Of a stretch of DNA of 52,007 nt, positions 8,596 to 17,793 are shown piece by piece. The stretch spans positions 1-52,007 of the forward strand of contig CANMWZ010000029.1 in NCBI GenBank assembly GCA_947501605.1. The letters are read 5' to 3'. Each line of letters begins with the position of its first letter. Within the stretch, counting starts at the first letter, position 1. The position numbers and the translations under genes were made by a program. Source of the DNA: Planctomycetota bacterium. GTDB taxonomy: Bacteria > Planctomycetota > UBA1135 > UBA2386. The notes under the pieces were generated by a model, which did no database searches, had not been told where the DNA came from, and saw only the letters and a program-made list of their open reading frames with translations.

Positions 8596-9471
8596 TCAAC
8601 CGCCGTTCTTGGTTGCCTCCAGCTGCTGCGCATCGCGCGCAGTCTTGGCCTCCTGGTCGCGAGCCCGCTGCAGCGCCTTGCGCGCCGACATGGACTCGAG
8701 GACCTTGTGCAGCCGTTCGGCGTCGTCCGGCGTTTCGACCACTGCAGTGGCGATCGCCGCGTCAGCTTGCTTCAGCACTTGGTCGGCGCCCGACAAGTCG
8801 GCGCCGTCGATCAGTGCGCGCGCCAGGTAGTTGCTCACCTCGAGCACTTGCCGCGGCGACGTTGCCGAAGCCAGAGCGCCTCGGAACGCCACCAGAGCAT
8901 CGACGTCCCGGCCCATCGACTGCAGCACACGCGCTTGCCAGATTCTGGCCGTCTGCGCCCGCGCCGTCGTCGGCTCCACCGCCGCCGCTTCGCGATAGGT
9001 CTGCAACGACAGCTCAAAGCGCTCCGAGCGCCGTTGCATGTCGGCCGCCGCGAGCTTGCCGCGCTGCGCGTAGCGCTCGGCGTCGAGCTGGCTTGCCGTC
9101 AAGTAGCAGCGCTCGGCCTCGGCCAGGCTGCCGTGGCGGCGCCACAGTTCGCCGGACGAATAGGCAGCCTGCGCTGCCGCCACCGGCTCGTTGGCGAGGT
9201 CGCTCGCCACGCGGTCGTAGGCCTGGGCCGCCGCCTGCAAGGCTGCAAGCTGCTCGTCGCCGGCAAGCCCACGGACCTTGACGGCGACGTCGCGCGCCGA
9301 AGCCAGCGCTGCGCGTGCCGCGTCGCTCATCACGATCTTCGGGATGGCCGTCGCTCCGGCCTTGACCTCGTTGCTGCGGTTGTTCCCAGCGTCGCTCGGC
9401 ATCGAGCCCTGAGCCAGCACGGCGCCGGCCACCATCAGTCCACACGTCCACGTTCGCAGAATGCGTCGCAT
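8596..9471 (-). CDS. Secreted tetratricopeptide-repeat-like protein
   Basis: Signal peptide MRRILRTWTCGLMVAGAVLAQ; Ala-rich helical repeats (AQAAYSSGELWRRHGSLAEAERCY). Confidence 0.75.
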   Translation of the reverse strand: MRRILRTWTCGLMVAGAVLAQGSMPSDAGNNRSNEVKAGATAIPKIVMSDAARAALASARDVAVKVRGLAGDEQLAALQAAAQAYDRVASDLANEPVAAAQAAYSSGELWRRHGSLAEAERCYLTASQLDAERYAQRGKLAAADMQRRSERFELSLQTYREAAAVEPTTARAQTARIWQARVLQSMGRDVDALVAFRGALASATSPRQVLEVSNYLARALIDGADLSGADQVLKQADAAIATAVVETPDDAERLHKVLESMSARKALQRARDQEAKTARDAQQLEATKNGG

Positions 9472-9505
9472 CGTTGTTCTCTCGTCGTTGTTCTTCAGCT
9501 TCTGA

Positions 9506-10054
9506 TCAGGCCTCGAAGTGCCCCGCGGCGCGGGTCATGCTCTCGAGACGTTTGCGCACGAGGATCCGGCAGCGGTGAAGCCGGACCTTGATGGCGTCCT
9601 CGGAGATGCCAAAGCGCACGCCGATCTCGGCGCAGCTATCGCCCTCGTAGAACGCGAGCAGGATCTTTCGATTGATGCCATCGAGGCGGCCCAAGGCAGC
9701 CTCGAGCTGGTCGAGCAACCAATCGCGCGGCACAAGACACCCGTTCACGCGCAGCGTCGGCTCGGCCACCGGCTCCTGGCACGCGTAGGCCGCACAGTCG
9801 CCGTCGGCCACGCGATCGACCCGACGGTTGGCGCGTTGAACCGCGCGAACCCGAGTTCGCCAGCTGATGGTGCTGAGCACCTTGCCGAGCGGCCCAGCGC
9901 TCGCGCGCCGGAGGGTGAATCGCCATAGAGCGACTGTCGCATCCTGGGCGAGATCCTCACGCGCTCCGCGTGTGAACTCGTCCTGGTAGCGACGCATGAT
10001 CGTGTGGGCGCGACTCAACGCGTGCTTCCACACTCCCGGCTCTCGATCCTCCAT
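9506..10054 (-). CDS. ECF-type sigma-70 family RNA polymerase sigma factor
   Basis: Region 2-like AREDLAQDATVALWRF; region 4 HTH SCAEIGVRFGISEDAIKVRLHRCR. Start uncertain; ATG 10054 chosen. Confidence 0.8.
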   Translation of the reverse strand: MEDREPGVWKHALSRAHTIMRRYQDEFTRGAREDLAQDATVALWRFTLRRASAGPLGKVLSTISWRTRVRAVQRANRRVDRVADGDCAAYACQEPVAEPTLRVNGCLVPRDWLLDQLEAALGRLDGINRKILLAFYEGDSCAEIGVRFGISEDAIKVRLHRCRILVRKRLESMTRAAGHFEA

Positions 10055-10287
10055 GATGATCCCGTTCCCGGCCGCGAACGCGGATCCGGGACAGGAAGGG
10101 GAACGAGCACCGTGCTTCTGATCAAAAACCTGAGCTGTCGACACCCAACGCAGATTTCGATCGCCGAGGGGCCGCGCGCTCCTCCGGTGAGCGTCTTGCT
10201 AGATTCGGTCGAGTGGCGTGGGCGCCTCCAACCCGCTGTTTCTCCACCGCGCGCTGTCTTGGTCTCTCGCTGTCTCGGCGGATCAGT

Positions 10288-11022
10288 TCATGGTTTCGCG
10301 ACGGCCGCTGACTCTGCCTGCAGTTCGCGTTCGCGCGGCAGCTGACCGGTCAGCTCGCCGATGCGCGCCATGATGTAGGCGGTTGCCGCCTGAAGACGCG
10401 CCTTGCGGTCTCCCTGACTCAGCGCTTCGAGTTGCGCCGGCATGATCGGTTCGCCGAAGCGAATGGTCACAGGGTGCAGCCGTGGCAGCGCGGCACCAAG
10501 GGGCAAGGCCGCCGCGGCCCCAACGATGCCGACCGGCACAATCGGCAACCCTTCGTTGAGCACCAGCGACACCGCACCAGGACTGCCGAGCAGCAGCCCG
10601 CCGTCGCGCGTCAGCCCGCCCTCAGGAAAGATGCCGACCAAGCGCTGCTGCCGTAGCACCGACCGAGCCTCGCGCAGCCCTTCGCGATTGCCGCCGCGAG
10701 TCGCCAGCGGGATGGCATGGTTCCAGCGGTAGAACCAATGCATCTTCGGCGACCGATAAACGACCTCGGTCATCAAGAACGTGATGCGCCGCGTGCTCGC
10801 CGCACCGAGTAGGACCGGGTCCAAGAACGACGAGTGGTTGGCCGCGATCACGTAACCACCGCGCAGCTTTGGCCGGTTCTCGACGCGCAACCGGAACAGC
10901 AGGCGCAAGACGATGCGGACGCCGAACCAGAACGGCCAGAACGCGGCGTGATTGATCCAACTCGGCGCCCGCGCCCGGTCGTGGCAGCGTTTGGCGCTCG
11001 CGCTCGGCGCTGCGTTCGTCAC
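10288..11022 (-). CDS. Lysophospholipid (1-acyl-sn-glycerol-3-phosphate) acyltransferase, PlsC family
   Basis: NHSSFLDP (HX4D), IFPEGG, LPIVPVGI. GTG start overlaps the upstream stop (GTGA). Confidence 0.88.
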   Translation of the reverse strand: MTNAAPSASAKRCHDRARAPSWINHAAFWPFWFGVRIVLRLLFRLRVENRPKLRGGYVIAANHSSFLDPVLLGAASTRRITFLMTEVVYRSPKMHWFYRWNHAIPLATRGGNREGLREARSVLRQQRLVGIFPEGGLTRDGGLLLGSPGAVSLVLNEGLPIVPVGIVGAAAALPLGAALPRLHPVTIRFGEPIMPAQLEALSQGDRKARLQAATAYIMARIGELTGQLPRERELQAESAAVAKP

Positions 11023-12074
11023 TGGCCGCGCGCGCGCGCAGCCCATTCCGACGAACCGAAGTTGGCGAGCAACACTTGGCGGCAACGGCCCTGGATCTGC
11101 CGGAAGTCCTGGCCACCCCACTTCTCCGCCGACAGCATCGCGTTGTAGAGCGCCTCAGCCTGCAGACTGCCCCATGCTGACTTGGTTTCGAGGCGCACGC
11201 GCAGGAAGCTCAGCAGTGCTGCCCTGAACGGCTCGCGATTGGCGGCATCGCCCTTTGCCATCGACACGTAGCCGAGGCCGAGCCATGCACCCGCACGCGA
11301 GTTGTCATCGCTCACTTTGCCGTCGAGGATCTGCTGGTAGATGTCGGCCGCCTGATCGCCACCGCCCGTGAGTCGAAGGCTGTGTGCCAGCTGCACATTG
11401 GCCCGCGCCGCGAGGATCGGCATCGTCCCGCCGGCCTTGGCGACGATGTCGCGCATCTTGACCTGGAACGCCTTGGCATCGCCCTTCGCCGCGCCTTCGG
11501 CCATCGCCGAGAAGAAGTCGGCCTCGATGGAAAAACCATTCGGCCACGCGCTGGTGGTCGCCTCGGTGGAGTACTTCTTCGCCAGCAGCGAGGCGTTGCC
11601 GATGCCCGCGGCGTCACCCTGGCCGAGGTAGTTCTCGAACTTCAGGCGGTAGCAGTCCGGCAGCACCCCCGCGTCAGGAATGCTCTTCTGCAGCTCCTCG
11701 ATCGTGCCACCACCCGACGCGTCGATGCCGCCCAAGTAGAACAAGCGGGCGCACTCGAGGTAGCCGAACTGCGCGAGCAGCGGGTCCTTGGCCTTGGTGA
11801 ACTGGTTGCGCGATTCCGTCAGCATGAGCTCAGGGTCCTTGCCGGAAATCGAGCGCTTGTAGACGTCCTTGAACTTCTTCAGCTCGACCTTGGCGACCTG
11901 GTCAGTCGCGACGGTCTCGGCCGAGCCGCCCTTGGTGTACTTCAGCTCGCGGATGTTGAACGACTGCACCGTGATGCCTTCGACCACCGTGCCGGAGGTA
12001 AGGTGCACGGTGTCACCCTGTGCGTTCGCAAGGGCGCAGAAGAACAGGGTAGGAAGGAGGGCGAGGGTCTTCAT
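11019..12074 (-). CDS. Secreted protein with small N-terminal beta domain and TPR-like helical repeats
   Basis: Start MKTLALLPTLFFCALANAQGDTVHLTSG (signal peptide); C-terminal AGAWLGLGY...AEALYNA repeats. Confidence 0.75.
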   Translation of the reverse strand: MKTLALLPTLFFCALANAQGDTVHLTSGTVVEGITVQSFNIRELKYTKGGSAETVATDQVAKVELKKFKDVYKRSISGKDPELMLTESRNQFTKAKDPLLAQFGYLECARLFYLGGIDASGGGTIEELQKSIPDAGVLPDCYRLKFENYLGQGDAAGIGNASLLAKKYSTEATTSAWPNGFSIEADFFSAMAEGAAKGDAKAFQVKMRDIVAKAGGTMPILAARANVQLAHSLRLTGGGDQAADIYQQILDGKVSDDNSRAGAWLGLGYVSMAKGDAANREPFRAALLSFLRVRLETKSAWGSLQAEALYNAMLSAEKWGGQDFRQIQGRCRQVLLANFGSSEWAARARGQ

Positions 12075-12191
12075 GGCGGCGACGGGAGGACACCGGACGG
12101 GCTGCCCGGGGTTGGGGCCGAGAGGGGGTGTGGAATCATGCCGACGGAGCGAGGCTGGGACAACGACCGGGGACAACGGGGCGTTCAAGAC

Positions 12192-12616
12192 TACTGGTCG
12201 ATTGAATGTGGTTGGCCGCAGCGTCCGATGCCCCCGCAACCGATGCAAGCCAGTGGCCCCTGGAGCCTGGTGCCGTTGCCGGATGCAGCTACCGGCCCCA
12301 AGCCCCCTCGGATCAGCGCACGGAACGCCGTTCAAGCTACCCGCATGGACTGCTGGCGCGAGCCGACCGTAACAGGCGCTAGCGCCAGGTTCGCGAGGCT
12401 CTGCAACACCCGGAGACAGGTTGCTGTCCGCGATGGTCGAGGATCCGCCAGCCTCGCCCGCCCGGCCTGCCGTCGAAGCGAGTTGGCCGCGCCATAAGGC
12501 GGCGCTCGAAGGAGGAGAGAGACCAGCTCGGCCAAGACGGCGACCGACGGCATTGCACGGGCGGCTCCGGTCACTCCTGGCGTGGAGGCCACCCAACCAC
12601 AATCAATCGACCAGTA
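12192..12616. mobile_element. Putative MITE (non-autonomous IS derivative), 425 bp, 24-bp terminal inverted repeats bounded by TA
   Basis: TACTGGTCGATTGAATGTGGTTGG (12192-12215) versus CCAACCACAATCAATCGACCAGTA (12593-12616), 23/24 inverted match. No convincing ORF inside. Confidence 0.7.
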
Positions 12617-13492
12617 TCACTGGGCTTCGGGAAGGTCGCGCAACTCGGTCAGCCTGGGCTTCTTGCTCAAACGGCCAGCCCACGTGCCCGCAAGGTCCTG
12701 GCCCAAGCGCCGCACAGCGATCAGCTCGCTGACTACCGACACGGCGATCTCCTCGTGGCTCCGCGCGCCGATGTAACTGCCCATTGGCGTGCGCACCGTG
12801 GCCAAGAAATCCTCGGCTACGCCAGCCGCGCGCAGATGCTTCCACAGCAGCGCTTGCTTCGTCTTGCTGCCGATCATGCCCAAGAACTTCACGCGTCCGC
12901 CGCCGTGCGCGCGAGCAGCCAGGGCTTCGAGCACGAGTCCGTCCTCCTTGTGCCCGCGCGTGACCACGACACAGTAGGTGTTGGAACGGATCGGCATCGC
13001 GGTGACAGCCTCCTTCAGCGGTGAGGCGACCGTGGCGGCCGCGTCGGGGAACCGCTCGCTCGTTGCAAACGCCGGCCGATCATCGACAACGGTAACGCGA
13101 AAACCTGCGAGGGCCGCGACCTGACACAGGGCCTTGCTGACGTGGCCGCCGCCGTAGATCCACAGTTCTGGAGTCGTGATCGGCTCGACGAAGATCGTGA
13201 CCTCGCCGCCGCACATCAGGCCCGAGTCGGGCGACTCCTTCTCCGTCAGACGAAAGGTCAACGTGCGCGGTTGCTCGTCAGCCAACACCTGCAGCGCCGC
13301 GTCATAGACCTCGGACTCAAGGCAGCCACCGCCGACGGTGCCGAGAAACGTCCCGTCTTCCAGCACCAACAGGCGCATCGTCGTCCGCCCGGGAGTTGAC
13401 CCGCGCGTGCCGACAATCGTGGCAAGCGCTGCGGGAACACCCTCCTGACGAAGGCGGACGATCTCTTCGAAGATGTCGCGATGGCGGCTCAT
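12617..13492 (-). CDS. xdhC: XdhC/CoxI family molybdoenzyme maturation factor
   Basis: Start MSRHRDIFEE; ATIVGTRGSTP, GTVGGGCLE, GLMCGG, YGGGHVS, VVVTRGH, GMIGSKTK, EEIAVSV. Confidence 0.9.
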   Translation of the reverse strand: MSRHRDIFEEIVRLRQEGVPAALATIVGTRGSTPGRTTMRLLVLEDGTFLGTVGGGCLESEVYDAALQVLADEQPRTLTFRLTEKESPDSGLMCGGEVTIFVEPITTPELWIYGGGHVSKALCQVAALAGFRVTVVDDRPAFATSERFPDAAATVASPLKEAVTAMPIRSNTYCVVVTRGHKEDGLVLEALAARAHGGGRVKFLGMIGSKTKQALLWKHLRAAGVAEDFLATVRTPMGSYIGARSHEEIAVSVVSELIAVRRLGQDLAGTWAGRLSKKPRLTELRDLPEAQ

Positions 13493-13659
13493 GCAGGGTG
13501 GGCAGGTTAGGCCCCAGCAGCGGTAGCGGGAACTGAGGGGTTGAGGGCGGCCGGTTAAGTGCCTCCGAGACGCTAGCCGCACATCCGGGGAAGTCGAGGT
13601 GGCAGGGCTCGGCCCGCCCCCGCTTGCATCGACACCGCCCCACACGCGATGGTGCGCCC

Positions 13660-14454
13660 GTGAGCTCGCACCAGCCAGATCTCCCGAGTCGTTACCTGCT
13701 ATACCAACTGGCGGTCCAAGCCCCCAGGGAGGATGCGGCGCTGTTCGCACGCTGGTTCCGGCGGGCGACCGGACGCCCACTGCAGATCCTGCGCGAAGAC
13801 TTCTGCGGCACCGCGGCGATCGCCTGCGCGTTCGTGGCTGGCGGTCGCGGCGAGCAGGGGGGAAAGCGCCGGGCGATCGGCGTCGACCACGACGCCCCGA
13901 CACTCGCGTGGGGCGCGCAGCACAACCAGAGCCAGCTCCCCGCGTCGGCGCGTTCCCGAGTGCAGCTTCACTGCCAGGATGTGCACGCGATTCGCACGCC
14001 AAAGTCAGACCTGATCGTCGCGCTCAACTTCAGCTACTGCGTGTTCCATGAGCGCACCGAACTACTGCACTACCTGCGCCACTGCCGCAGCGCGCTGCGT
14101 CCCGGCGGCGCGGTGCTGCTCGATGTATTCGGCGGCGGGCTCGCGCATCGCCCGTTCTCGGAGCGCATCAACCACGGGGCCTTCGTGCACGTGTGGGAAC
14201 AGCGCAGTTTCGACCCGATCACGCACCGCGTCGACTGCCGCATCCACTTCGAAGCGCGCGGCACGCGGATGGAAAACGCGTTCGTCTACGACTGGCGCAT
14301 GTGGACCGTACCTGAACTCGTCGACCTGCTCGGTGAGGCCGGGTTCAAGACGACCGAGGTGCTTTGGCACGACGCAGAGCGCGGCGCGTTCCGCCGAAAA
14401 ACGCGCGCGCCGTCGGATCCTCACTGGCTGGCGTACGTGACCGGACGGCGGTGA
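13660..14454 (+). CDS. Class I SAM-dependent methyltransferase
   Basis: LYQLAVQAP, LREDFCGTA, IGVDHD, ALNFSY, LRPGGAVLLD, FVYDWRMWT. GTG start at 13660. Confidence 0.85.
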   Translation: MSSHQPDLPSRYLLYQLAVQAPREDAALFARWFRRATGRPLQILREDFCGTAAIACAFVAGGRGEQGGKRRAIGVDHDAPTLAWGAQHNQSQLPASARSRVQLHCQDVHAIRTPKSDLIVALNFSYCVFHERTELLHYLRHCRSALRPGGAVLLDVFGGGLAHRPFSERINHGAFVHVWEQRSFDPITHRVDCRIHFEARGTRMENAFVYDWRMWTVPELVDLLGEAGFKTTEVLWHDAERGAFRRKTRAPSDPHWLAYVTGRR

Positions 14455-14466
14455 GGTCCAGTTGCA

Positions 14467-15024
14467 TCAGGTTCTCGCGCACCGTTGCCTGACTTCGGCC
14501 ACCGGCATCTCGCGCAGAGTCTCCAACCCACCCTCCGTTGCCGGTGCGCGTAGCACCAAGAACTGCGAGGTGACGCCGCACGCGCACCGTTCGTAGCGCA
14601 CTGCGCGCGCGATTCGCCGGGCGCCACATGCATCGCACAGGCGCAGGTAGATGTGCCGGCGATGCCCGCGACGCACGCGCGGCGGCAGCGGCAAGTCGTG
14701 GGTGACGTCAGGCGGCAGGCCGGCGAGGCGCATGAGTCCGCGCCAATGGCGCCCGTGCGCCGGGCAGCGCGCGCCAAACAGGCGGAACGCCGCGAGGTGA
14801 GCCGCTTCGTGCACGAGCACCGTGTCCAGCTCCTTTGGCGACAGCGCGAGTAGCTCCGGATTGAGTTCGATGCGCCCTTCGCGGCCAAAGGCACGACCAG
14901 CAGTTGTGCGCAAACGCGGGTTCCACGCAACCGTGACCAAGGGGCCCGGCGGCACGCGCCAACGCGTCATCATCGCCGCGACGCGGGCCTCCAGTTGTTC
15001 GATCGGCGGCAGCACGACGAGCAT
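14467..15024 (-). CDS. SprT-like zinc metalloprotease
   Basis: WNPRLRTTAGRA, IELNP, VLVHEAAH (HEXXH), HGRHW, C-terminal CxxC...CxC. Start uncertain; the frame is open to 15225. Confidence 0.85.
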   Translation of the reverse strand: MLVVLPPIEQLEARVAAMMTRWRVPPGPLVTVAWNPRLRTTAGRAFGREGRIELNPELLALSPKELDTVLVHEAAHLAAFRLFGARCPAHGRHWRGLMRLAGLPPDVTHDLPLPPRVRRGHRRHIYLRLCDACGARRIARAVRYERCACGVTSQFLVLRAPATEGGLETLREMPVAEVRQRCART

Positions 15025-15057
15025 TGTGGCGAGCCGCGATGGCGGCGCCAGTGCGCG

Positions 15058-15225
15058 CGGCGAGGAGTGAACTAGCGCGAAGCCACTGGCCATAGCCATG
15101 GCGGCCGACTGGATCTCACCCTCACGCGCGCCGTCCATGAGGATCATCGCAAGCAGGACGAGTCCGGATACGACGAAGGTCCGCCTATCGACGACGAACA
15201 CCATCGGCCCCGAGGTCATGCGCAA
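15058..15225 (-). pseudogene. Degenerate fragment of a third paralog of the adjacent membrane proteins, in frame with the SprT ORF
   Basis: SGPMVFVVDRRTFVVSGLVLLAM...IQSAAMAMASGFALV aligns without gaps (18/48 identical) to VRTILFVGGWLTFIIGGLFLVGM...MQPAAIATAVGFALV of 15432-15878. Confidence 0.55.
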
Positions 15226-15431
15226 TCATCGGAACTCGTCGCAGTCAACGTTGCGAAGGCGGCGGGCATCCAGAGGAGTCGTCCCCCATCGGCACTGCGC
15301 GCGAGGCCGAACCACGGCAGTCGAAGGCAAGGAGTGGACTGGTCGGCGAGTCCAGGGCTCCCGCAGCGCGTCGCCGCTGGCTTCAGCGGTCGTCGGGGCC
15401 GACCGCAGAGCAGGCCCAGCAAGAAGCCACG

Positions 15432-15878
15432 CTATCGTTGTACTCGCGCCTGCCGGCTGCGCTCGAGCTCGGCCATCGCCACGGGCAGGGTCACCAAAGC
15501 GAACCCGACAGCCGTCGCAATTGCAGCTGGCTGCATCGCGTACATGTACGACTCGCCGCTGACATACATCCCGACCAGGAACAGGCCGCCGATAATGAAC
15601 GTCAGCCATCCGCCCACGAACAGGATGGTCCGCACCCAAGTCTGGAACTGTCGGACGATCGTTCGCCACAGTTCGCCACTTCGCCGCGCGTCGGCGTGCA
15701 GCGTCGCGATCAACTCGCGCCGCGTGCTGTCGTCGATGGCGCTGGTCTCCAAGGCCAACTGAATGGTCTTCAACCGCATCGTGCGCATCTTGTGCGCCAG
15801 CACGAGCCACAGCGACAAGAAGCCAAAGGCGAACACCACGAACACCACGAACACTTCATCCTCGCGCACTGCAAACAT
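15432..15878 (-). CDS. Small 3-TM membrane protein (DUF6249-like), paralog of 15891-16283
   Basis: N-terminal TM, charged linker RLKTIQLALE...IDDST, two C-terminal TMs ending GFALVTLPVAMAELE. Confidence 0.75.
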   Translation of the reverse strand: MFAVREDEVFVVFVVFAFGFLSLWLVLAHKMRTMRLKTIQLALETSAIDDSTRRELIATLHADARRSGELWRTIVRQFQTWVRTILFVGGWLTFIIGGLFLVGMYVSGESYMYAMQPAAIATAVGFALVTLPVAMAELERSRQARVQR

Positions 15879-15890
15879 GAGACGCCTCCG

Positions 15891-16283
15891 TCAGGCAGCA
15901 GGGCGGCGCGACTCGAGTTCGCGCAGCGCAAAAGGGTAGGTAATCAGGCCGAAGCCGATCAGGGCCACGAGCAGGCCCGCACTCTGCGACTCGCTGTGTC
16001 GCTGGATGATCCCCAGAACATAGATGCCGATGCCGCTGAACAGGGCCAGCCAGCCGAGCGCAAGCAGCCAAGCGAGCCCGTTGCCGCGCCCGCCTTTTGG
16101 TGACTTGGCACCGGTCAACTGCTGGGCCAGCAACTGTACTGTCGCGCGGTCGAGGTTGGGGTTGGCCAGGGCCTTTTCCAGCATCTCCATCCGCTGGGCA
16201 CGCTCCTTTGCCTTGGTCTCCATCTGGCTCTTGCCCATTTGGAAAAGGTAGATGAAGGCAATCAGTGAGACGATGGATTCCAT
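15891..16283 (-). CDS. Small 3-TM membrane protein (DUF6249-like)
   Basis: MESIVSLIAFIYLF, RMEMLEKAL...LDRAT, C-terminal GFGLITYPFALRELE; same layout as the neighbour. Confidence 0.75.
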   Translation of the reverse strand: MESIVSLIAFIYLFQMGKSQMETKAKERAQRMEMLEKALANPNLDRATVQLLAQQLTGAKSPKGGRGNGLAWLLALGWLALFSGIGIYVLGIIQRHSESQSAGLLVALIGFGLITYPFALRELESRRPAA

Positions 16284-16323
16284 GGGCGGCTCGAAAACGC
16301 GAAGGCCGGCTTGCGGCCGGGCT

Positions 16324-17007
16324 TCAGGATATTCCAGGAAGGCCAAGGATGCTGAGCAGGTGGTCGGGCTCCCCTTCCCATACCGCTTCGCCGCGCGACA
16401 GGTCGCACCGATGGTTGCGGCGCCAGACGAACGGCCAGCCGAGTGCGCGCGCGGCGTCGAAGTCCGGCTCGCGGTCGCCGACCATGACCACGCGCTCCGC
16501 CCCGGCAGCCTCCTGGGCCAAACGCAGCATGTCGCGCTTGTCGGCGACGCCCGGCGAATCGAGGCAAAACTGCCAGTCGGAGAGCTTGGCGAGCCCCTGC
16601 CCTTGCTGAACCGCCGCCATGTACTGCGTTCGGCAATTGCTGGCCAGGGCCACTCTGACCCCTAGGCGGCGCAAGTGTGGCAGCAGTTCGCGAACGCCGG
16701 CAAACAGGTAGTCGGTCCCGGACGAGATTGTCTCGACCTCCATCGGCACGACGACGGACCGCAACTCCTGCCAAAGATGCTTGTGCGCCTCGGGCAGGAA
16801 CGGCCCCCAAACGCCAGCGTCGCGCATGCCGACGACGGCCTCGGCCGCCTCGTCGGTGGGCATCGGGATATCGATGCGCCGCTGCTCGGCGAAGCGCTGA
16901 AGCCCGGCGCGGATCACGGGTGCCCACCACCGGAACGTGTCGTGCAAGGTGCCGTCAACGTCGAACACGACGAGCTGCGGCGGAATGTGACGGCGGATCA
17001 GGCTCAC
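16324..17007 (-). CDS. HAD-superfamily hydrolase (phosphatase)
   Basis: VFDVDGT motif I, LASN motif II, MVGDREPD motif IV. Confidence 0.9.
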   Translation of the reverse strand: MSLIRRHIPPQLVVFDVDGTLHDTFRWWAPVIRAGLQRFAEQRRIDIPMPTDEAAEAVVGMRDAGVWGPFLPEAHKHLWQELRSVVVPMEVETISSGTDYLFAGVRELLPHLRRLGVRVALASNCRTQYMAAVQQGQGLAKLSDWQFCLDSPGVADKRDMLRLAQEAAGAERVVMVGDREPDFDAARALGWPFVWRRNHRCDLSRGEAVWEGEPDHLLSILGLPGIS

Positions 17008-17037
17008 GGTGCGAACACAGTCAGAGGTAGCGAGTAG

Positions 17038-17376
17038 TCACAGGTAGAGCACCTGCCCGATGCCCATGATGTAGAGCTGGTCCAACAACCAGTCCGAGTC
17101 GCGCGATGCGCTGTCGTCCAGAGCCTCGGCCATCGCGATCTCGACCCGTAGGAGCGAGACCTTCTGGCTCGGCATCGGGCGCACGCGCTGGCGCAACTCG
17201 AGCACGAAGGCCTCGCGCGGCATGCGCCGCTCGCGCGAACGAACGAAGCCGTCGCCGAGCAACTCGACTCGCATGACTTCGTCGGCAGGCCCCAGCTGGG
17301 TGCTGACGGGCTCCTCGGTAGCACAGGCCGAGAGCGCCAGCCAACCGGCAAGGACACACCGGCGCGCGATGCTCAT
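17038..17376 (-). CDS. Hypothetical lipoprotein
   Basis: Lipobox LSAC after a hydrophobic leader; ATGA overlap with the Rid gene. Confidence 0.65.
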   Translation of the reverse strand: MSIARRCVLAGWLALSACATEEPVSTQLGPADEVMRVELLGDGFVRSRERRMPREAFVLELRQRVRPMPSQKVSLLRVEIAMAEALDDSASRDSDWLLDQLYIMGIGQVLYL

Positions 17377-17777
17377 CGTGCTGCGACCCCTTGAACTTCG
17401 ATTCGGGCCTCGGGATCAAACAGCGACACCACCTGAAACATCGCCATGCCCGGGAAGTGTTTGCCGCAGTGGCGGCGCCACACTTGCCCGAAGGCGCTGC
17501 GAGCCGAGGCGTAGTCGTCGCGGCTGGTGACGTAGAAGTTGAGCTGCACGACATCGGCGAACGCGAGCCCGGCATCGCGCAGGATCAGGCCAATGTTGGC
17601 GAGCGCTTGGTCGAGTTGCGCAACGAGGTCGCCGGGCGCCGCGACGCGGCCGGCCTTGTCGTAGCCGCACTGGCCAGCCAAGTAGAGCGTGCGATGTTCG
17701 CCCTGTTCGACGAGCCAGGCGTGCGCAAAGCCGATCGGATCGGCGAGTTCGACGGGATTGACCTGGCGCTTACTCAT
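17373..17777 (-). CDS. Rid (YjgF/YER057c/UK114) family protein, lacking the catalytic Arg
   Basis: LYLAGQ, QALANI, DVVQLNFYV, ARIEVQG; HFPGMAM where RidA has P-A-R. Confidence 0.88.
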   Translation of the reverse strand: MSKRQVNPVELADPIGFAHAWLVEQGEHRTLYLAGQCGYDKAGRVAAPGDLVAQLDQALANIGLILRDAGLAFADVVQLNFYVTSRDDYASARSAFGQVWRRHCGKHFPGMAMFQVVSLFDPEARIEVQGVAAR

Positions 17778-17793
17778 GACGGGCTAGAGGGGT

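Noticed and set aside
13493..13659. Possible Moco riboswitch upstream of xdhC
   Set aside because: I could not match the Moco RNA motif by eye; an Rfam search would be needed.
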